A stretch of DNA of 64,000 nucleotides, taken from assembly GCA_965223415.1 (NCBI GenBank), contig OZ245002.1:2336001-2400000 (forward strand), written 5' to 3'. The position numbers and the translations under genes are program-made. Every line of letters begins with the position of its first letter. The stretch's first letter is position 1. Shown here one piece after another: positions 1 to 9,053 of the stretch. Source of the DNA: Myxococcota bacterium. Lineage in GTDB: Bacteria > Myxococcota_A > UBA9160 > UBA6930. Below the pieces are notes generated by a model. The model did not search any database. It was given only the letters and a program-made list of their open reading frames with translations, and was not told the DNA's origin.

Positions 1-1399
1 CGGCCACGACGCGTTCGCCCAGGCGCTCGTCGGGCACGCCGAGGACGGCAGCGGCGGCGACCGCCGGGTGGGCACCGAGCACGCGCTCCACCTCGGCCGG
101 GTACACGTTGGCGCCGCCGCGGAGAATCAGCTCGTTGCGTCGCCCGCGGACGGTGAGGTTGCCCTCCGCGTCGAGGAAGCCCAGGTCGCCCGTGTGGTAG
201 CGTCCGCCGCGTAGCGCCTCGGCCGTGGCCTCGGGCTTGCCCCAGTAGCCGAGCATCGGCGTGTACACCCCGGCCAGCCGACCGTCGTCGGCGGCACGCA
301 CGCAGATCTCGCCCACCTCGTCGGCCGGGAGCAGGCGGTCGTCCTCGTCCACGATCTCGAGCGTCACCTGGGGGATCGCCTTGCCGCACAGGCCGGGCTC
401 CGGCGTTCCCTCGCACACGTGCCAGGAGACCGCGGTGGGCGCCTCGGTCATGCCGTAGCCGATCGTGACCGGCCGCTGGAAGCGCTCGCGGTAGAGCTTC
501 ACCAGGGTGGGCGGGACGTCCGCGCCGCCGACCCCCGGATGGGTGAGGCTGGCGAGGTCGTCCTCGCCGACCTCCGGGTGGGTCATCAGATCGTGCACGA
601 TCGTCGGCACGGCGTCGAAGGAGTTGACGCGCTCCTCGCGGATCCACTCGGCGAGCCCGAGAGGATCGATGCGGTCGATGCACACGCAGCAGGCGCCGGC
701 CAGGAACGACTTCACGGGGCCGAGGATCATCAGGTTCAGGATCGTGAGGGGTAGCACCACGCCGCCCCGCACCGCCGCCTTCCGTCCGCCGACGAGCTGC
801 GTCGCCGCCCCGGGCAGCAGGATGTTGTGCTGGCTGTGGACAGCGCCCTTCGGGAAGCCGGTCGTGCCGCTGGTGTAGGCGATGGCGGCGGGGCCAAAGG
901 GATCGACCTCCACGTCCTCGAGGGGCCCGGACGCCTGCTTCGACACCTCGGCCCGCCAGGCGTCGAGTGGCACCAGGGGAACGCCGCTCCCCTCCGAGAC
1001 CAGGTGGCCCTCCCGCTCCTCCGGTGCCAGGTAGATCCGCGCGCCGCTGTCGTCGAGGATGTAGGCCTTCTCCGGCGGGGCGAGGGGCCGGTTCACACCC
1101 ACCCAGATCGCGCCGAGGCGCTGGCTCGCCAGGAACGCGACCACGATGTCGACGTCGTTGGGCAGGCAGGCGGCGACGCGATCGCCGCGCTCGACGCCCG
1201 CCGCGCGCAGCACCCGGGCCGCACGGTTCACCTCCGCGTCCAGCTCCCCGTAGCTGTAGCGGCCGCTGCGCCCGACCAAGGCGTCGCGATCCGGGCCCGT
1301 CGCGCAGGGGGGCGCCAGCAGCCCGGCGACGCTCTGGGGGCCGCCACCGGGGATCTCGGGTCGGCGTTCGGAGACCCGCAGGCCGCGATCGCCGTCCAC
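1..1399 (-). CDS. acyl-CoA synthetase / AMP-binding enzyme (3' end runs off window)
   Basis: Manual translation of the minus strand from GTG 1399 gives YTSGTTGFPKG, YGMTE, YHTGDLG and GGANVYPAEVE; absent from the ORF track because there is no stop in the window. Confidence 0.9.
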   Translation of the reverse strand, partial: MDGDRGLRVSERRPEIPGGGPQSVAGLLAPPCATGPDRDALVGRSGRYSYGELDAEVNRAARVLRAAGVERGDRVAACLPNDVDIVVAFLASQRLGAIWVGVNRPLAPPEKAYILDDSGARIYLAPEEREGHLVSEGSGVPLVPLDAWRAEVSKQASGPLEDVEVDPFGPAAIAYTSGTTGFPKGAVHSQHNILLPGAATQLVGGRKAAVRGGVVLPLTILNLMILGPVKSFLAGACCVCIDRIDPLGLAEWIREERVNSFDAVPTIVHDLMTHPEVGEDDLASLTHPGVGGADVPPTLVKLYRERFQRPVTIGYGMTEAPTAVSWHVCEGTPEPGLCGKAIPQVTLEIVDEDDRLLPADEVGEICVRAADDGRLAGVYTPMLGYWGKPEATAEALRGGRYHTGDLGFLDAEGNLTVRGRRNELILRGGANVYPAEVERVLGAHPAVAAAAVLGVPDERLGERVVA

Positions 1400-1402
1400 G
1401 GG

Positions 1403-2413
1403 TCAGCTCTCCTTGGCGGCGGCGATCACCTCGCGCACGGCGTCCGGATCGGTCTCGTTGTAGAGCATCAGGGTCGTGCGGTCGGCGAAGCCGGCGTTGC
1501 GCTCGCGCAGCTTGCGTCCGGCCTCCGCCGGGGTGCCGCTCACGGCCAGCGTGTCGAAGAGCTCGTCGTCGATGCGCGTGATCATCTCCAGCCACTTGCC
1601 TTCCTTGGACATGCGGTTCAGCTCGGGCTGGAGCTCCTCGTAGCCGTGATGCTCGAGGACGCCCTTGTAGGCGGGCGTGGAGCCGTAGAAGGAGATCTGT
1701 CCCTTCGCCTTCTGGCGGGCGGTGGCGATCTCCTCGTCGTTGGCACCGATCGCGACGACGGTCTGGCAGGAGATCTCGAAGTCCTTGCGGGCGCGACCGC
1801 CCGTGGCGAGGCCGCGCTCGAGGGCGGGAAGGGTCTCGGCCCCCAGGAAGGCCGGCGAGTGGAAGGGGTGCACGAAGAACCCGTCCGCCACCTCGCCGAC
1901 CACCTCGACCATCTTCGGGCCGACGCCGGCGACGAAGATGCGGGGCGTGCCGTAGGGGTTCTTGCCCGGCACGAAGGCGGGGATCATCAGGGTGTGGGTG
2001 TAGAACTCGCCCCGGAAGTCCAGGCGCTCGCCTTCGGACCAGCAGCGCCAGATCGCGCGGATCGCCTGGACGAACTCGCGCATGCGCGCAGCGGGCTTCG
2101 ACCAGGGCTGGCTGAAGCGCCGCTCGATGTGCGGGCGGATCTGGGTCCCGAGGCCCAGGATGAAGCGGCCGCGCGTGAGCTCCTGCAGGTCGTGGCCAAT
2201 GTTGGCGCACACCATGGGGTTGCGTGCGAAGGCGACGGCGATGGCGGTGCCCAGCTCGAGCCGCTCCGTGGCCTGGGAGGCCAGCACCAGAGGGAAGAAG
2301 GGATCGTGGGGCCCCTCGAAGCTCCACCCCCCGTCGAAGCCCTGGGCTTCGAGGCGCTTCGCCGCTTCCGCGGCCTCCAGTGCGGGGACCATCAATCCGG
2401 CGTCGATCTTCAT
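1403..2413 (-). CDS. LLM-class, probably F420-dependent oxidoreductase (TIGR03617-like)
   Basis: MKIDAGL...EGPHDPFFPL...LGTAIAVAFARNPM...GRFILGLGTQIRPHIERRFS...FYGSTPAY; ATG overlaps the upstream TGA. Confidence 0.85.
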   Translation of the reverse strand: MKIDAGLMVPALEAAEAAKRLEAQGFDGGWSFEGPHDPFFPLVLASQATERLELGTAIAVAFARNPMVCANIGHDLQELTRGRFILGLGTQIRPHIERRFSQPWSKPAARMREFVQAIRAIWRCWSEGERLDFRGEFYTHTLMIPAFVPGKNPYGTPRIFVAGVGPKMVEVVGEVADGFFVHPFHSPAFLGAETLPALERGLATGGRARKDFEISCQTVVAIGANDEEIATARQKAKGQISFYGSTPAYKGVLEHHGYEELQPELNRMSKEGKWLEMITRIDDELFDTLAVSGTPAEAGRKLRERNAGFADRTTLMLYNETDPDAVREVIAAAKES

Positions 2414-3053
2414 GGCATTGGAGGGTACACGAGGCCCCTCCAGAGCTCCTCCCAGAGTGCGGCGGAGCGGGCCTCGACCGTGGCGGATGTCTCGATCGCC
2501 CACGCACGGACGGCTTCTCCTTCGTCGATGGAGAGCGCGAGGCGCGGCCTTCGGCCGAGCACGCGGGCGACGCGCTCCCCGACGAACACCGGATCCCGGT
2601 AGCCCTCGGCGAGGCCGAGCTCCTCGATCCGCGCACAGGTGCGGGAGAGCAGGCGCGCCTGCGTCGGGCGCCGGTAGCTGCACGAGGGCTCGACCCGCGG
2701 CGCCTCGGCGAGGGCCTCGCCGTAGGCGCGAGGGACGCCGTGGCGGCGTACCCAGGCGCCGTCGAGGAGCAGCTCGGTGCCGATGTGGGCGACCGCTCGG
2801 GCCGGCCCGCGGCGCACGCCCGCCTCTGCGAGTCGCGCACAGGCCTCGAGCACCAGGGCACCGAAGGTCGGCGCAGCGTGGAAGGCCGCATCCGTGGCGT
2901 GATGGAGCGCGATCCCGGCCGCTACCTGCGCGTCGTCCACCGAGGCCAGACGAGCGCCCGCCATGGCGGCGAGATCCGGAGCATGGCTCCGAGCACGAAG
3001 GCGGGACCTCTTCGCTCCCGGCTGGCGACGACGGCATGGCCGAGGAAGTTCAC
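2410..3053 (-). pseudogene. ACP-phosphodiesterase (AcpH)-like protein with a 1-nt frameshift near 2978 (possibly a sequencing error)
   Basis: MNFLGHAVVA...LGAML in one frame continues as PDLAAMAG...GIALHHATDAAFH...AHIGTELLLDG in another; adding one C to CTCCGGAT restores LPDL. Confidence 0.6.
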
Positions 3054-3081
3054 GGCGGGATTCTGGCATAGCTTCTCTCCG

Positions 3082-3549
3082 ATGGTTCGTGTCACGATCG
3101 TCGGCCCGGAACGCTTCGCCGAGTGCCTGGCCCTGCGCATGGAGGTCTTCGTCGAGGAGCAGAAGGTCCCCCGGGACGAGGAGGAGGACGGGCTCGATCC
3201 CGAGTGCACGCACTTCCTCGCGACGGCCGGTGGCGAGGCGATCGGCACGGCGCGGCTCCGGCTCCTGCGCGGCGACGGCAAGGCCGAGCGCGTCGCCGTG
3301 CGCGCGGCCGCCCGCGGCCGCGGCATCGGCCGCGCCCTGATGGAAGCGCTGGAGGCCGAGGCGCTGCGCCTCGGCGCCGAGGCGGTCCACCTGAACGCCC
3401 AGCTCGCCGCCATCCCGTTCTACGAGGCCCTCGGCTACACCGCCCGCGGCCCCGAATTCCTCGACGCCGGCATCCCCCACCGCGCCATGACGAAGCAACG
3501 CAACAAACGGAACCGGCCCCAAGACCAACACGGCGATAACGTCGAGGTC
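3082..3549 (+). CDS. GNAT N-acetyltransferase (ElaA/YjcF-like); no stop, reads in-frame into the downstream phosphotransferase
   Basis: LRMEVFVEEQKVP...ERVAV...RGRGIG...LNAQ...FYEALGY...FLDAGIPHRAM. Confidence 0.85.
3495..3530. repeat. 36-bp dispersed repeat, degenerate copy A
   Basis: GCAACGCAACAAACGGAACCGGCCCCAAGACCAACA; 28/36 identical to the copy at 63573, with an exact 19-nt core AACAAACGGAACCGGCCCC. Confidence 0.8.
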
Positions 3550-4599
3550 ATGGGGCTCATCGACACCGAGGCGCTCGCCCGCTGGATGGACGCGCAGCGG
3601 CTTCCCGGCGCCGGCGAGCCGCTCGAGGCGCGTCCCGTCGGTGGCGGGGCTTCGAACGAGCTCTTCGAGATCCGACGGGGCAACGTGCGCATGGCCCTGC
3701 GGCGACCGCCGCGGATCGTTCCCAAGGGCCGCAACGAGACCATGCAGCGCGAGTACCGGGTGATCGCCGCGCTCGCCGACAGCGGTGTCCCCCATACCCG
3801 GGCCATCGCGAGCTGCGACGACACCTCGGTGCTCGGCGCCTGCTTCTACCTGATGGACTTCGTCGACGGCTGGTCGCCGATGGCGCACCTGAACCGCTGG
3901 CCCGAGCCCTTTCACTCGGATCTCTCGCTGCGTCCGGGGCTGGCCTTCGAGCTGGTCGACGCGATCGCGAAGCTCGGGAACGTCGACTGGCGCGCTCGCG
4001 GCCTCGAGGGCTTCGGCCGGCCCGAGGGCTTCCACGAGCGCCAGGTCGACCGTTGGCTGGCCCACCTCGAGGCGTTTCGCTTCCGGGAGATCCCGGGCCT
4101 CGACGTCGCCGCGGAGTGGCTGCGTCGCCACAAGCCGCGGACCTACGAGCCCGGCATCCTGCACGGGGACTACCAGTTCGCGAACGTCATGTTCCAGCAC
4201 GGCGCGCCGGCCCGCATGGCGGCCGTCGTCGACTGGGAGATGGCGACGGTGGGCGATCCGCTGCTCGATCTCGCCTGGGTCGTCATGGGCTGGCCGGACG
4301 AGGGCGAGGATCGGGCCGGCAGCGGCTACGTCGACTACACCGGCATGCCGAACCGCGCCGGGCTCCTCGAGCGCTACGCGTCGGTGAGCGGGAGGCCGGT
4401 GGAGGACATCGACTACTACGTCGTGCTCGCCCGCTTCAAGATGGCCGTCGTCCTCGAGGGGGGCTACGCGCGCTACGTCACCGGCGGCGCCGAGAACCCG
4501 AAGATGGAGGCCTTCGGCCCGATCGTGCTCCAGATGGCGGAGCGCGCCGCCGAGCTCGCCCGCCAGTCGACCCTGCCGCCCCGATCCACGGTCGGATGA
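3550..4599 (+). CDS. APH/ACAD10-like phosphotransferase family protein
   Basis: GGASNELF, LRRPP, REYRVI, LHGDYQFANVMF, VVDWEMATVGDPLLDL. Confidence 0.9.
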   Translation: MGLIDTEALARWMDAQRLPGAGEPLEARPVGGGASNELFEIRRGNVRMALRRPPRIVPKGRNETMQREYRVIAALADSGVPHTRAIASCDDTSVLGACFYLMDFVDGWSPMAHLNRWPEPFHSDLSLRPGLAFELVDAIAKLGNVDWRARGLEGFGRPEGFHERQVDRWLAHLEAFRFREIPGLDVAAEWLRRHKPRTYEPGILHGDYQFANVMFQHGAPARMAAVVDWEMATVGDPLLDLAWVVMGWPDEGEDRAGSGYVDYTGMPNRAGLLERYASVSGRPVEDIDYYVVLARFKMAVVLEGGYARYVTGGAENPKMEAFGPIVLQMAERAAELARQSTLPPRSTVG

Positions 4600-5408
4600 C
4601 CAGCCAAGGCCACAAGCGGGGCGACTACTCGGCGAGGGGACGTCCCTTCGAAGAGGAGCGCCAGCGTCTGCGCCAGCTGGCGGCGTCGATGAACGAAGAG
4701 AGCCAGGATGTCATCCGTCGCCTCGGCATCGCCCCGGGCTGGCGCTGCCTGGAGGTCGGCGCCGCCGAGGGCTCGATGTCCCGCTGGATGGCCGAGCAGA
4801 TCGGCCTCTCGGGCCGCGTGCTCGCCTGCGACATCGATACGCGCTTTCTCGCCGACCTGGCCCTGCGCCAGGTCGAGGTGCGGGAGCTCGACGTCCGCAG
4901 CGACGAGCTCGGCGAAGAGGGCTTCGACCTCGCCTACTGCCGCACCGTCCTCCTGCACCTGCCGGACCCGACGGCGGCGCTCGCGAAGATGCGAGACGCC
5001 CTGGTGTCCGGTGGCTGGCTGTTCGCCCAGGAGCCCGACGTCTGCATCAACCAGCCCGCCGATCCGGACCATCCGGACGCCGCGCTCTTCGAAGGGCTCC
5101 ACCGGCGGGTCTATGACACCATGCGGGAGAAGAAGCTCTACGACACCAGGCTCGGGCGCACGCTTCCCGACACCTTCGCCCGGCTCGGCCTCCGCGAGAT
5201 CGGCGTCGAGGCCCGCGCCGCCTTCGAGCACGGCGGGAGTCCCGCCTCGGAGGCCCAGCGGCTCACCCTGGAGGCGATGGCGTCCCGGCTGGTCCGCAAG
5301 GGCGTGGTGACCGGGGCGGAGCTCGCTCGGGTGGGAGAGCTGCTCGCGGATCCCAGCTTTGCCTACCTGACCGGGCTGCGGGTCTTCATCTGGGGGCGGC
5401 GGGCCTAG
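4596..5408 (+). CDS. class I SAM-dependent methyltransferase
   Basis: CLEVGAAEG motif I, FDLAYCRTVLLHL, LVSGGWL; ATGA overlap with the upstream gene. Confidence 0.85.
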   Translation: MTSQGHKRGDYSARGRPFEEERQRLRQLAASMNEESQDVIRRLGIAPGWRCLEVGAAEGSMSRWMAEQIGLSGRVLACDIDTRFLADLALRQVEVRELDVRSDELGEEGFDLAYCRTVLLHLPDPTAALAKMRDALVSGGWLFAQEPDVCINQPADPDHPDAALFEGLHRRVYDTMREKKLYDTRLGRTLPDTFARLGLREIGVEARAAFEHGGSPASEAQRLTLEAMASRLVRKGVVTGAELARVGELLADPSFAYLTGLRVFIWGRRA

Positions 5409-5550
5409 CCTGCAGTCCCCTCTCTGCATGCCGCATCGCGACTGCGGCGGGAGGTGTCAAACCTGTGTGAAAGCCCGCCGGGGATGTCGCTGGCGCGGTA
5501 CGGTCCTTGCTAATGGAAGAGCGGGACCCGCGCGCCCCCGGGAGCCTTCC

Positions 5551-6843
5551 ATGAGCCTCCTCCACCGCATCGAGAACCGCATGCTCGGCCTCCGCCTCGC
5601 GGCGCCGTCCCTGGTCGGCTTCGCCCGGGAGCGCCTCGAGAGCGGCATCGTCTTCAATCCGCTTCGCCGGGACCTCCGCGTCGATCCCTATCCTTTCTAC
5701 CGCGAGCTGCGCGAGCGCTCGCCGCGCCACCGGGCGCGCGGGGCCCAGGGATGGGCGTTCACCCGCTACGACGACATCCTGGGCGTGCTCAGCGATCGCA
5801 GCTTCTCCTCCGACGAGCGACACATGCGTCGCTACCCGCTCCTCGCCCGCCGGCGGGAGCTGGCGGGATTGCCGGACATGTACGCCGCCGGCATCGCCTC
5901 GATGCTGCGGCTCGATCCTCCCGATCACACGCGGCTGCGCGGGCTCGTGAGCAAGGCGTTCACGCCGCGCAATGTGGAGGCGATGCGGCCTCGCATCCAC
6001 GAGCTGGCCGACGAGCTGCTCGCCGGCCATCGGCCCGGCGGGCGCCTCCAGCTGGTGCGCGATTTCGCAGCGCCTCTGCCCGTGATCGTCATCGCCGAGA
6101 TGCTAGGCGTGCCGAGCGCCGATCGGGACCGCTTCCATCGCTGGTCCGACGAGGCGGTGCGCACCCTCGGCGGCGCCACCATCGAAGACCAACGCCGTTC
6201 CTGGCTGGCCATGCAGGCGATGGGCGACTACTTCGAGGAGAAGATCGAGGAGCGCCGTGCCGAGCCCCGCGACGACCTGCTCTCCCATCTGGTCGCCGCC
6301 GAGGACGGAGGCGAGCGTCTCTCGAACGACGAGCTCTTCGCCACCCTCGTGCTGCTCCTCGTCGCGGGCAACGAGACCACGACGAAGCTCATCGCCAACG
6401 CCACCCTCGCCCTCCTCCGCCATCCCGAGCAGCTCGAGATCCTGCGCAAGGAGCCGGCGCGGGTTGCCGCCGCCGTCGAGGAGCTGCTCCGCTACGACAG
6501 CCCGGTGCAGCTCACCTCCCGGATGGTGACCGAGGATCGGCTCTATCGCGGCTGCACCATGCGCCGCGGTGAGCAGGTGGTGCTCCTGCTCGGCGCCGGC
6601 AATCGGGATCCCGAGCGCTTCGCGAATCCCGATCGGCTCGACGTCGAGCGGGAGGACGTGCGGCACCTGTCCTTCAGCCACGGCCTCCATTTCTGTCTCG
6701 GCGCCCAGCTCGCCCGTCTCGAGGGGGCCCTGGCCCTCGAGGCCCTGGTCACGCGTTTCACGGGCCTGGCCCTCGCCGGCGAAGTGCACTGGGGCGACAA
6801 CCCGGTCCTCCGCGGTCCCCTCGAGGTGCCCCTCGAGCTGTAG
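5551..6843 (+). CDS. cytochrome P450
   Basis: LDPPDHTRLR, AGNETT (I helix), EELLR (ExxR), FSHGLHFCLG heme motif. Confidence 0.95.
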   Translation: MSLLHRIENRMLGLRLAAPSLVGFARERLESGIVFNPLRRDLRVDPYPFYRELRERSPRHRARGAQGWAFTRYDDILGVLSDRSFSSDERHMRRYPLLARRRELAGLPDMYAAGIASMLRLDPPDHTRLRGLVSKAFTPRNVEAMRPRIHELADELLAGHRPGGRLQLVRDFAAPLPVIVIAEMLGVPSADRDRFHRWSDEAVRTLGGATIEDQRRSWLAMQAMGDYFEEKIEERRAEPRDDLLSHLVAAEDGGERLSNDELFATLVLLLVAGNETTTKLIANATLALLRHPEQLEILRKEPARVAAAVEELLRYDSPVQLTSRMVTEDRLYRGCTMRRGEQVVLLLGAGNRDPERFANPDRLDVEREDVRHLSFSHGLHFCLGAQLARLEGALALEALVTRFTGLALAGEVHWGDNPVLRGPLEVPLEL

Positions 6844-6881
6844 CGGAGATATCATCCGCTCCTCACGGTGAGGAGAGCGGA

Positions 6882-7619
6882 TTGGACCTGACGGATCGCA
6901 GGGTGCTCGTGGTCGGCGCGTCCTCCGGCATCGGGCGGGCCACGGCGATCCGCCTGGCACGGCACGGAGCCCGCGTGGCGCTCGCGGCCCGAAGGCTCGC
7001 GGCGCTGGAGAGCGCCGCGAAGGAGGCGGGCGAGGGGGCGCTCGCCGTGGCCTGCGACGTGCGCGACGAGGCGAGCTGCGAGGCCGCCGTGGCGAGTACG
7101 GCCGAGACCTTCGGCGGCCTCGACGCGTTGATCTACGCCACCGGCTGGGCGCGGCCCCGCCTGCTCGCCGAGACCGACGCGGCCAACTGGGCCATGTCCC
7201 TCGAGACCAACCTGGTCGGTGCCTCCCTGGTGACGAAGGCCGCGATTTCGCACCTGTCGGCGAGCGGCGGCCGGGCCGTCTACTTCTCCTCGATCTCCGC
7301 GGACGACGCCATGCCGCGGAGCGGCATGGCGCTCTACGTGGTGACGAAGGCGGCGCTCAATCGGCTGGTCGAGGCCTGGCAGGGCGAGCATCCCGAGGTG
7401 TCCTTCGTCCGCCTGCAGATCGGCGACACCCACGGGACCGAGTTCGGGAAGGGCTGGGCCCCCGAAGAGACCGCCCACATCCAGGACTGGGTCCTGAAGG
7501 GCTACCTCTTCGGGCGCTCCATGGAGCCCGAGGCCGTCGCGGAGCAGGCCGTCTGGGCGCTCGCGACCCGGGAAGCCCTTCCGGTGATGATCATCCAGCC
7601 CCGCCGCGCGTTGGAGTAA
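6882..7619 (+). CDS. short-chain dehydrogenase/reductase
   Basis: GASSGIG, YVVTK; TTG start after AGGAG. Confidence 0.9.
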   Translation: MDLTDRRVLVVGASSGIGRATAIRLARHGARVALAARRLAALESAAKEAGEGALAVACDVRDEASCEAAVASTAETFGGLDALIYATGWARPRLLAETDAANWAMSLETNLVGASLVTKAAISHLSASGGRAVYFSSISADDAMPRSGMALYVVTKAALNRLVEAWQGEHPEVSFVRLQIGDTHGTEFGKGWAPEETAHIQDWVLKGYLFGRSMEPEAVAEQAVWALATREALPVMIIQPRRALE

Positions 7620-7643
7620 CCTGTCGGTCGAAGGAGTCCCCCC

Positions 7644-9032
7644 ATGCAGATGAACGACATGATCCTCGTCAGCGTCGACGACCACGTCTGCGAGCCCGCG
7701 AACATGTGGGACCAGCACCTGACCGGTGCCTGGAAGGAGCGCGCGCCGAAGCTCGTGCACAAGAGCGACGGCACCGACGTCTGGGTCTTCGAAGGCCAGC
7801 AGATCCCGAACGTCGGCCTGAACGCGGTGGCGGGCCGATCGCCCGACGAGTACGGGATGGAGCCGACGGCCATCGAGCAGCTTCGCGCCGGCTGCTACGA
7901 CCTCTCCGCCCGCATCGATGACATGAACGCGAACGGGATGCTCGGCTCGCTCTGCTTCCCCTCGGTGCCCGGCTTCACGGGTGAGCTCTTCGCAAAGCAG
8001 AAGGACAAGGAGCTGGCCCGTGTCATGGGCCAGGCCTACAACGATTGGCACATCGACGAGTGGTGCGGCGGCGCGCCGGGCCGCTTCATCCCCCTGGCGC
8101 TCCCGATGCTCTGGGATCCGAAGGTCACGGCCGACGAGATCCGGCGGGTCGCGGAGAAGGGCTGCTTCGCCATCACCTTCCCCGACAACCCGAAGGGCCT
8201 GGGCTATCCGAGCCTCCACGACGAGTACTGGGAGCCCATCTGGCAGGCCGCCTCCGAGACCGGCACGGTGCTGTGCATCCACATCGGCTCCGGCACCGGC
8301 ATGGCCCTGCAGGATCCCCGGGCGGCCGTGGAGATCATGATCACGAGCACGCCGATCACGCTCTTCAACTGCGCCACCGAGCTCGTCTTCTCCCAGTTCC
8401 TGCGCAGGTACCCGGATCTCCGCATTGCTCTCTCCGAGGGAGGCACCGGCTGGATTCCCTACTTCCTGGAGCGCGCCGACTACGTCTACGAGCACCACCA
8501 CCGCTGGACGCTCAACGACTTCGGGGACAAGCTGCCCTCGGACGTCTTCCGCGAGCACATCATCACCTGCTTCATCGACGACGAAGTGGGCGTGCGCAAC
8601 CGGGACCTGATCGGCATCGACAACATCACTTGGGAGTGCGACTACCCGCATTCGGACTCGACCTGGCCCAACTCGCCGGAGGTGTTGTGGCGGAGCGTCG
8701 AGGGCCTGCCCGACGCCGACATCGACAAGATCACCTACCAGAACACGATGGCGCACTTCCGCTACGACCCCTTCCAGCACGTCCCGAAGGAGGAGGCGAC
8801 GGTGGGTGCGCTCCGGGCGAAGGCCGGCCACGTGGACGTCGCGCCGCGCTCCGGCGGCGGCGGCAAGAAGCCCTCGGACTACGAGGCCGGCTTCTGCACC
8901 ATCGGCGACATCATGAAACAGATGGCGACGGCCTTCGCCGTGCCCTTCGACAACCAGGGCGGCGGCGCGGTGGACGAGGGCGACGCGATCGAGGAGATCA
9001 AGAAGCGTTGGGACCGCAGCGACCAAGCCTAG
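7644..9032 (+). CDS. amidohydrolase family 2 protein
   Basis: SVDDHV, IHIGS, LSEGGTGW, WECDYPHSDSTWP. Confidence 0.9.
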   Translation: MQMNDMILVSVDDHVCEPANMWDQHLTGAWKERAPKLVHKSDGTDVWVFEGQQIPNVGLNAVAGRSPDEYGMEPTAIEQLRAGCYDLSARIDDMNANGMLGSLCFPSVPGFTGELFAKQKDKELARVMGQAYNDWHIDEWCGGAPGRFIPLALPMLWDPKVTADEIRRVAEKGCFAITFPDNPKGLGYPSLHDEYWEPIWQAASETGTVLCIHIGSGTGMALQDPRAAVEIMITSTPITLFNCATELVFSQFLRRYPDLRIALSEGGTGWIPYFLERADYVYEHHHRWTLNDFGDKLPSDVFREHIITCFIDDEVGVRNRDLIGIDNITWECDYPHSDSTWPNSPEVLWRSVEGLPDADIDKITYQNTMAHFRYDPFQHVPKEEATVGALRAKAGHVDVAPRSGGGGKKPSDYEAGFCTIGDIMKQMATAFAVPFDNQGGGAVDEGDAIEEIKKRWDRSDQA

Positions 9033-9053
9033 GTCTTTTCGGCGAGGAGTAGG

